This document shows positions 1-5,262 of a DNA stretch of 5,262 nt, piece by piece. Source of the DNA: Prasinococcaceae sp. CCMP 1430 (taxonomy: Eukaryota; Plantae; Prasinodermophyta); the NCBI GenBank assembly GCA_013416795.1, contig RQSC01000028.1, positions 878,384 through 883,645 on the forward strand, given 5' to 3'. Position numbers and translations under genes: made by a program. Numbering within the stretch: position 1 is the stretch's first letter; each line of letters begins with the position of its first letter. A model generated the notes under the pieces. It was not told where the DNA came from. It worked only from the letters and a program-made list of their open reading frames with translations, and did not search any database.

Positions 1-1
1 C

Positions 2-29
2 AGGAACCGGGGCGGCGGCGGAGGAGGCA

Positions 30-60
<31 letters not shown>

Positions 61-1007
61 CGCCAGGAACCGCCAGGAGAAGCGCCGCGAGCGCGACCAG
101 CGCCGACGCGACAGGCGCGAGGCGAAGCGGGAGCAGGGCGCCCTGCAGGACGACGAGGAGGTCACGCCGCACGAGGAGGCCGACGACGTGCTCGAGCGCC
201 TCCACGCGGCGGAGCGCGACGCCTTCGCGAAGTTCGAGGCGCTGGCCGGCGAGCCCCAGGGCCCGCGCCGCGCGGCGATGGAGTCGATGGGGGCGGTGGG
301 GTGCGCCACGATCGCGGCGCTCAAGCTGAGCAAGCACGAGGTGGACGCGCGCGTCGCCGTGCTCAATCGGCTCGAGGGGCTCGTGCACTCGATCTGGCCC
401 CCCGGCGGCCCGCCGGACCGGCGCGCGGGCGTCGCGCTCGAGGAATCGCGCGTGGCCGTGTTCGGCTCGTACGCGAGCGGCCTGGGATCCAAGGGCGGCG
501 ACATCGACGCCGTCATCGAGGGCCTCTACGACGGCAGGCCCCTGCAGGAGGCGCCGCGCGAGATCCGCAAGGACGTGCTCGGCGCCGCGGTGCGCACGCT
601 GCGCCGCACGTGGCACGCCAACGTCGAGTTCATCGCGCAGGCGCGCGTGCCCGTGCTCAAGTTCACCGACCGCAGCACCGGCGTGGCCATCGATCTCCTG
701 GCGGGCAACTCGGACGGCTACTACAAGTCGGCGGCGCTGGGGCACATCGTCAGATGCGAGCCACGCTTCGGCCAGCTGGTGATGCTCGTCAAGAAGTGGG
801 CGAAGAGCAACGACATCAACGACAGCTCGAGCGGCACGCTGAACTCGTTCTCGCTCACCATGCTCTGCGCGTTCCATCTGCAGCGCGTGTCGCCCCCGGT
901 GCTCCCGCCCCTGCGCGACCTGGTCGGCGACGTGGTGCTCGGCGGCAAGGAGTCCCTGCTGCCGCTTGAAGAAATCGACGCGCGCTGTCGCGCTTGGGCA
1001 CAGGATG
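2..1007 (+). CDS. HESO1: HESO1/MUT68-like terminal nucleotidyltransferase (Cid1/TUTase, Pol beta superfamily), first visible exon, 5'-partial
   Basis: The frame of ORF 188..1084 is open back to nt 2 (RNRGGGGGGSGGGGGGGGGDARNRQEKRRERD...). It has the catalytic signature FGSYASGLGSKGGDID (461-508), ARVPVLKF and a third Asp in VAIDLL (692-694). The block LVKKWAKSNDINDSSSGTLNSFSLTMLCAFHLQRVSPPVLPPL closely resembles plant HESO1. The family call is secure; HESO1 orthology is from remembered similarity. Confidence 0.85.
11..58 (+). repeat. GGC-rich trinucleotide repeat encoding G6-S-G9
   Basis: (ggc)3(gga)2 ggc agc (ggc)9, in frame with the nucleotidyltransferase. Confidence 0.9.
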
Positions 1008-1197
1008 GTCCGTGCGGGCTGCGGCAGTCAACCCCCCCCCGCTCCCCCCCCACCCCCCACCCCCCCCACACACACAAAAAATGAAGGCGTCGACGCGCAG
1101 GCGCTCGAGCGCTCCCTTGGCGTTCGCTGACCTCTGCCCCCCTCGTCTCCGGCGCGGCCTCGCCTGCCGCGCTCGCCCGCTTCGCGCCATCGCGCAG
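1008..1197 (+). other. Spliceosomal intron 1 of the nucleotidyltransferase (phase 1, 190 nt)
   Basis: Homology switches frame here and the unspliced frame stops at 1084. Donor G|GTCCGT is at 1008 and branch site GCTGAC at 1126-1131, followed by an AG-free pyrimidine-rich tract up to CAG at 1195-1197. Splicing gives ...AWAQD-G-ARERNGAGVGELFVGFL. The donor position is less certain than the acceptor. Confidence 0.75.
1032..1081 (+). repeat. Low-complexity C-runs, (CA)n and A-run inside intron 1
   Basis: Four runs of 6-9 C, followed by acacacac and aaaaaa. Confidence 0.85.
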
Positions 1198-1660
1198 GAG
1201 CGCGTGAACGCAACGGCGCCGGCGTGGGCGAGCTTTTCGTCGGCTTCCTCCAGCGCCTGGCGGTCGCGGCGCCCTTCTGGGAGGTCGGCCAGTGCGTGTG
1301 TGCCGACGCTGGCTCCGGGCAGTGGTGCTACCGCAGCTGGGGCGAAAAGCCGTACACGATGGCCGTGCAGGATCCATTCGCCCGCCACGAGAACCTGGCG
1401 AGGTCGGTGAGGGACATCACCGCAGAGAGAGTCGCGGGCGCCATGAAAGGCTCGGCGTCGGATCTGCTCGCGCTGCTGGAGGCGACCGAGGCCGGCGACC
1501 ACGCCGTGGCCTTTGAGGCCAGGCAGGCGGCGTCGGATGCGGCATGCGCTGGCGACCCCCACCGCGCGGAGGCGCAAGCCGAGCGCGGAGCGGCGGCGTG
1601 CCCCGCGGGCGCCGACGCGGCCGCGAAGATGTTCGGAGACAAGCTCAGCCAGCGCCTCGC
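1198..1660 (+). CDS. HESO1: Nucleotidyltransferase exon 2 (PAP-associated domain and nucleotide-recognition motif)
   Basis: NGAGVGELFVGFL...W...MAVQDPFARHENLARSV matches the N..lgeLl..Ff and I(E/Q)DPF....N.arsV pattern of Cid1-family PAP-associated domains (DPF at 1371-1379). Confidence 0.8.
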
Positions 1661-1784
1661 GTACGTCGCCGGCGCATCCGCCGACGTCGCGTCTGCGGAT
1701 GCCTTCCCAGCGCTCGGCGGGTTTCCAGAGGTGCCGGCGTTCGGGTCCTCCGCGCGCGCGTCACTCACTCCGCGGGCATCCCAG
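1661..1784 (+). other. Putative intron 2 of the nucleotidyltransferase (phase 2, 124 nt)
   Basis: Strong donor GTACGT at 1661 and CTCAC branch-like site at 1764-1768; the first downstream AG is CCAG ending at 1784. The phase joins exon 2 to the Gly/RGG-rich frame. There is no stop codon in the intron, so it is not forced. Confidence 0.55.
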
Positions 1785-2019
1785 AGGCGGGGGAAGCGGT
1801 CGTGGCGGCGGCCGCGCCGGCGGGCGCGGCCGCGGAGGCGGCAGCAACAAGTGGCCGGTGAGCGACGGGAGCTCGCATGCCGCCGGCGGGGGCGGCGGCG
1901 ACAGACAGGGCGGAGGCCGCCACCGAAACCGCAACCGCAAGGGCGGTGCAGGCGGCGGCGGCGGCGGTGGGGGGCAGGGCGGTGACCGCGTCGTCACCGT
2001 GTCGAGCGACGCGCAGTGA
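1785..2019 (+). CDS. HESO1: Putative last exon of the nucleotidyltransferase: RGG/Gly-rich disordered tail
   Basis: It encodes GGGSGRGGGRAGGRGRGGGSNKW...GGGRHRNRNRKGGAGGGGGGGGQGGDRVVTVSSDAQ, with TGA at 2017-2019. Its composition mirrors the N-terminal tail. The three exons total 1704 nt (567 aa plus stop). Confidence 0.55.
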
Positions 2020-2079
2020 GCGCTCGCCGTCGCGCGCGCGCGCGCCGCGGATGCGTCGCGTGCGCATGCGACGGAGGCG

Positions 2080-3519
2080 TTACCGTAACCTGCGCGAGCC
2101 ATACTCGGGCATGTGCGCAATCGCGCGCCGCGTGCCGACGCGCACCTCGCCGCCGTCGCTCACCCCCGCGCGCGCCTTCACGTACGCCAGCGCCCAGAGC
2201 TCGCCCTCCCCGGGCGTCTGCACCACGCTCGTGACCATGCCCTGCTCCACGCCGTCCACCTCCACCGCGTCGCCCGGCGGCACGTACACCGGCAGCTCGA
2301 GCGACCACAGATGGTACTCCATGGAGCGCGCCGCTGCGCGCTGGCGCACCTCGGCCACACCCGCCGACGGCTCGCCCTCGCCCTCCTCCGCCGCGGCGCC
2401 GCCGGCGGAGCACGCGTGCCACAGGTTGGCCTCGAGCGGCGTGCGCTCGAAGCCGCGCACGCCGAGCTCAAAGCCGCGGCGCGGGCGGCCGCAGCGCACG
2501 CGCAGCTTCTCCCAGCAGTTGGATCCCATGGGCACGCACCCCGCCTGGACCAGCGCGGCAAACATCTCGGCGGTCACGCCTGCGTCGGTGACCACGAGCA
2601 GCTGGGGCGTCGACGGCCCCAGTGGCTCGGCGCGGATCAGGCTGCACGGGGACCCCTGGAAGCCCGCCATGCAGCTCAGGCCCGCCGGCGCCCCCTCCGC
2701 CAGCACGGCGGCCACGTCGGGCGAGTCCACCAGCTCGTCGCCCAGCAGCGAGCGCAGCGCGTCGGCTGCGCCCTCGCCCACCAGCGCGAACTGCGCGGTC
2801 GGGCCGCTGACGTCGGCGACGGTGACGTCCTCGTCGGGGCGCACGCGCGCACCGAGCGCGCCGGCAGCGTCGGCGCGGCTCTCAGGTGGCAGCAGCAGCA
2901 GTTCGCTCTGCCCCTGGCTGACCACCACGCCCGCGTCCAGCGCCGCGCCGCACACGCTGCCCGCGCCCTCACCGTGGGACACGAGCGCCACCTCGCCAAC
3001 GCCGCCGCCGTGCGTGGTCTCCCTGCGCAGGAACGCGCCTCTGTCCGCGCCAGACACCCGCACGCGCGCGGCGTGCGTGAGGTTGACCACGGCGACGCGC
3101 GAGGTGTCCTCTGCACCGCGCGCGGCGTCGAACGCGTCGACGTCGTTGTGGTACGTCAGCGCGATGCCCGTCGCCGCGTCCACGTCCGCGGCGCCGGCAT
3201 CGGACAGCAGCTCGCCCAGGTCGCCGTCGATGGCGGGCGGCTCGAGCAGCTCGTCCAGGTCGATGTCGAGGTCCAACTCCTCCAACAGGGCCTCCAGGCC
3301 ATCGTCACTCGCCTCGCCCCCGGCCTTGGCCGCCTCCGCGCGCGCCGCCACGCCCCGCGGCCCCCGCCGCGCACCCGGCCCCAAGCCCTCGCCCGGCACG
3401 CGCGCGCGGTCGTCCGGGCATTTTCTCGACCCAGGTCTGGATAGAGTTGCATCGTTTCGAGACCCTAACCCTAACTTCGAGCCGACCCGAAAGAGAGGGC
3501 ACGCGCGCCTCGCGCGCAT
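2080..3519 (-). CDS. Plastid-type YgfZ/COG0354 (GcvT-fold folate-binding) family protein, divergent, with putative chloroplast transit peptide
   Basis: It is collinear with the plant plastid YgfZ homolog (Arabidopsis At1g60990 type) across PPAIDGDL, TYHNDVDAFDAA, VAVVNLTHAARVRVSGADRGAFL, VTVADVSGPTAQFALVG, GCVPMGSNCWEKLRVRCGRP...EL, PLEANLW, GMVTS and ALAYVK. The N-terminal 61 aa are R/S/G/A-rich and end in VAARA (3351-3337). The stop is TAA at 2082-2080; the start at 3519 is tentative. Confidence 0.85.
   Translation of the reverse strand: MRARRACPLFRVGSKLGLGSRNDATLSRPGSRKCPDDRARVPGEGLGPGARRGPRGVAARAEAAKAGGEASDDGLEALLEELDLDIDLDELLEPPAIDGDLGELLSDAGAADVDAATGIALTYHNDVDAFDAARGAEDTSRVAVVNLTHAARVRVSGADRGAFLRRETTHGGGVGEVALVSHGEGAGSVCGAALDAGVVVSQGQSELLLLPPESRADAAGALGARVRPDEDVTVADVSGPTAQFALVGEGAADALRSLLGDELVDSPDVAAVLAEGAPAGLSCMAGFQGSPCSLIRAEPLGPSTPQLLVVTDAGVTAEMFAALVQAGCVPMGSNCWEKLRVRCGRPRRGFELGVRGFERTPLEANLWHACSAGGAAAEEGEGEPSAGVAEVRQRAAARSMEYHLWSLELPVYVPPGDAVEVDGVEQGMVTSVVQTPGEGELWALAYVKARAGVSDGGEVRVGTRRAIAHMPEYGSRRLR
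3462..3475 (+). repeat. Short interstitial telomere-like repeat (CCCTAA)2, telo-box-like
   Basis: ACCCTAACCCTAAC, reading TTAGGGTTAGGG on the - strand. Confidence 0.5.
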
Positions 3520-3762
3520 ATCGCGCGGTGTCGACGTCGCAGTCGGCGAGGAGCGCCAGCGCGGCGGCCGTCCTCTCCGCGCAGCCCGGACGGCGTGCCG
3601 GTCGACGCTCAGCCCAAGGTGTAGGCGGCGACGGGCGACGCGACCGCGCTGGCGCTCGCGGTGGCATATCGCGCGGCGCTGCGCGAGGGCGCACGTTCAG
3701 TCGGTCAGGGCCTCAGGACCGCCTGCCATCATGCTCGTGCTCGTGCACGCAAGCGTTCGTAA

Positions 3763-3767
3763 TTACA
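3763..3767 (-). promoter_or_regulatory. TGTAA polyadenylation signal of the PP5 gene
   Basis: TTACA on + reads TGTAA on -, about 22 nt past the PP5 stop, in a distinctly AT-rich patch (3757-3785). UGUAA is the established chlorophyte poly(A) signal. Confidence 0.65.
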
Positions 3768-3788
3768 GTGTACACAATAATCGTTGCC

Positions 3789-5198
3789 CTACATGAAGTT
3801 CATCAGGCTCGACGCGTACGCCATCGGGCGCACGTCCGGGTGCGGCACATGCGTGAACTGTGTGTACTGCGGAGTGCAGTCGTGCTCGAAACGGATAAAC
3901 GCGCCCTTGTTGCCCATGCTGTCGCAATAGTTCGGCGCAGAGAACACCGTCACGCACTTCCCCCCGTGCGCCACCTCGTAGCCCTCGTCCTTGACCTCAT
4001 GCGAGCGAACCAGCAGGCTGAGGTTGTTGTTTGACAGGAACTCGTCGGTCACGTCCTGGCCGAACGCCACGCCCACGCCGCGCTTGGAGGGCGCGCGGCC
4101 GTGTCCCGCCTGCGGGTCCGACCACAACGCCTCGCACATTATCCCCTCGTCCGTGGGCTCGCCCACGCGATCCACCGCCCGAATATCGTCCAGCGTCACC
4201 CCGTCGCGGCTGAACAGGCCGCCATGCACCACCATTACCTTCTCTTGCAGCACCGCCGCCAGCGGCAGGTACTGGAACACGCGCGCGAAGAGGTCCGCCA
4301 CCTGGTCGCCGTACTTGTGTCGCGCCTCCCCATCGAAGCCGTATATTCTGTTCATGTTTTTGGTCTCGTGGTTGCCGCGCGTGAGGTACATGGCTGTCGG
4401 GTGCGCGCACTTCCACGCCAGCAGCGCGATGACGCACTCGCACGAGAAGCTGCCGCGGTCCACGAAGTCGCCGTTGAAGAGGTAGGGATTCTCCACGGAC
4501 GGCAGGCCGTTGAGCTCCCAGATGTTGAGCAGGTCGTAGTACTGGCCGTGCACGTCGCCGCACACGGTGAAGTGGTTGCCCTCCTCGATGGGGATGTCCA
4601 TCACCGTGCCGTGCCGCTTGAGCACATCCTCCGACGCCTCCAGCAGCTGGTAGATGTAGCGCCTGTGCAGGGGCTTCTGTGCCTTGAAGTGCGCGATCAT
4701 CTCGACGACGAAATCGCGCGTCAGGCCGCTGTCGGGACAGCGCGGTCCGTCGTACGAGTCCTCGACGGCCATCGAGCGCCAGTCGGGAAACTCGGCGGGC
4801 GCCGTCTCGGCGTAGCCGATGGCCTCCTCGAAGCGCAGCTTCTGCAGCGCCTTCTCGCACTCGCGCAGCTTTCTGCGCGCGTCGGGGTCCTGCGGCTTGA
4901 GGCGCACCACGCGCCGGAAGTCGGCCAGCCCCTCGCGGAACTTGGTCAGCTGCAGGTACGCGCTGCCGCGGCGGTAGTAGCCCTTCACATACGACGGGTC
5001 GATCTCGATGGACACGCTGGCATCCTGGATGGCGCAGCCGAGATTCTCGAGCTTGAGCTGCGCGAACGCGCGGTTTGAGTAGTAGACGGCATTGTTGTCA
5101 TCGAGCTCGATCGCATCGGTGTACTTGGCGACGGCTGCCGAGTACTTGCCCGCCTTGAAGAGCGCGTTGGCCTCATTCTTGAGCCTCTCGGCGGCCGC
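3789..5198 (-). CDS. PP5: Serine/threonine protein phosphatase 5 (TPR repeats plus PPP catalytic domain), main exon, 5'-partial
   Basis: The frame extends upstream of the listed ORF to 5198 (AAAERLKNEANALFKAGKYSAAVAKYTDAIELDDNNAVYYSNRAFAQLKLEN...YVKGYYRRG, TPRs). PPP motifs GDVHG, GDFVDRG, RGNHE, HGG, WSDP, RSHE and SAPNYC are intact. The PP5 C-terminus is VPHPDVRPMAYASSLMNFM, with TAG at 3791-3789; this exon encodes 469 aa. Confidence 0.96.
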   Translation of the reverse strand, partial: AAAERLKNEANALFKAGKYSAAVAKYTDAIELDDNNAVYYSNRAFAQLKLENLGCAIQDASVSIEIDPSYVKGYYRRGSAYLQLTKFREGLADFRRVVRLKPQDPDARRKLRECEKALQKLRFEEAIGYAETAPAEFPDWRSMAVEDSYDGPRCPDSGLTRDFVVEMIAHFKAQKPLHRRYIYQLLEASEDVLKRHGTVMDIPIEEGNHFTVCGDVHGQYYDLLNIWELNGLPSVENPYLFNGDFVDRGSFSCECVIALLAWKCAHPTAMYLTRGNHETKNMNRIYGFDGEARHKYGDQVADLFARVFQYLPLAAVLQEKVMVVHGGLFSRDGVTLDDIRAVDRVGEPTDEGIMCEALWSDPQAGHGRAPSKRGVGVAFGQDVTDEFLSNNNLSLLVRSHEVKDEGYEVAHGGKCVTVFSAPNYCDSMGNKGAFIRFEHDCTPQYTQFTHVPHPDVRPMAYASSLMNFM

Positions 5199-5262
5199 CT
5201 GCGGCGCGCGCGCGCGCAGTCACATCGCGAGCGGGCGCCGAGCGGCGACGGCGGCGCAAGCG
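5199..5262 (-). other. 3' part of an intron near the PP5 N-terminus
   Basis: There is an in-frame TGA at 5222-5220 and no usable ATG before TPR1. The - strand reads ...GTGACTGCGCGCGCGCGCGCCGCAG|GCG, giving a TGAC branch-like site and a CAG acceptor at 5201-5199. Confidence 0.75.

Noticed and set aside
1-80. Repeated caggaaccg/cgccagga units as CRISPR or mobile-element repeats
   Set aside because: They are too short and irregular, and are explained by coding of the repeated RNR peptide.
998-1199. Similar gc(a/g)cagga at both ends of intron 1, as a target-site duplication or non-canonical GA donor at 1004
   Set aside because: Splicing 1004-1197 does not restore the frame, the match is short, and I saw no terminal inverted repeats.
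2-1660. Bacterial CBASS/cGAS-like, toxin-antitoxin or other defence nucleotidyltransferase system
   Set aside because: The motifs are Cid1/HESO1-type, the gene has spliceosomal introns, and the neighbours are eukaryotic housekeeping-type genes.
188-1985. Reading ORFs 188..1084 and 1224..1985 as two genes or a frameshifted pseudogene
   Set aside because: They are consecutive parts of one nucleotidyltransferase fold and are joined in frame by a GT-AG intron with a branch site.
1877-3796. 639-aa and 443-aa + strand ORFs antisense to the YgfZ-like gene
   Set aside because: They are S/A/P/R-rich with no recognisable domain, as expected for shadow ORFs opposite a GC-biased CDS.
3991-5078. ORFs 3991..4485, 4101..5078 and 3997..4860 overlapping PP5
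   Set aside because: They are antisense or alternate-frame shadows of a highly conserved gene.
5199-5225. ATG at 5225 as the PP5 start, possibly through a 25-nt micro-intron
   Set aside because: The ATG is immediately followed by TGA, and removing 5223-5199 puts it out of frame with the TPR domain.
1-5262. A functional three-gene cluster (RNA tailing, Fe-S/folate protein, phosphatase)
   Set aside because: No shared pathway or compartment is evident, and adjacency is expected in a compact genome. Conserved synteny in distant algae would be needed to support it.

Overview
This is eukaryotic, very GC-rich, gene-dense nuclear DNA. It most likely comes from a unicellular green alga, inferred from GT-AG introns with CTGAC/CTCAC branch sites, a TGTAA poly(A) signal and a VAARA-type plastid transit peptide. 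Three genes fill the window. (1) On the + strand, 5'-truncated, is a HESO1/MUT68-like terminal RNA nucleotidyltransferase, predicted as join(<2..1007,1198..1660,1785..2019), with Gly/RGG-rich tails at both ends. (2) On the - strand at 2080..3519 is a plastid-type YgfZ/GcvT-fold protein that lacks the family's KGC[Y/F]xGQE signature; this is the most notable oddity. (3) On the - strand is the TPR-containing Ser/Thr phosphatase PP5 (exon 3789..5198, first exon outside the window). I found no prokaryotic system, mobile element, CRISPR array or RNA gene, and no evidence that the three genes form a functional system. The other long ORFs in the track are GC-bias shadows. Family assignments come from remembered motifs, not database searches.
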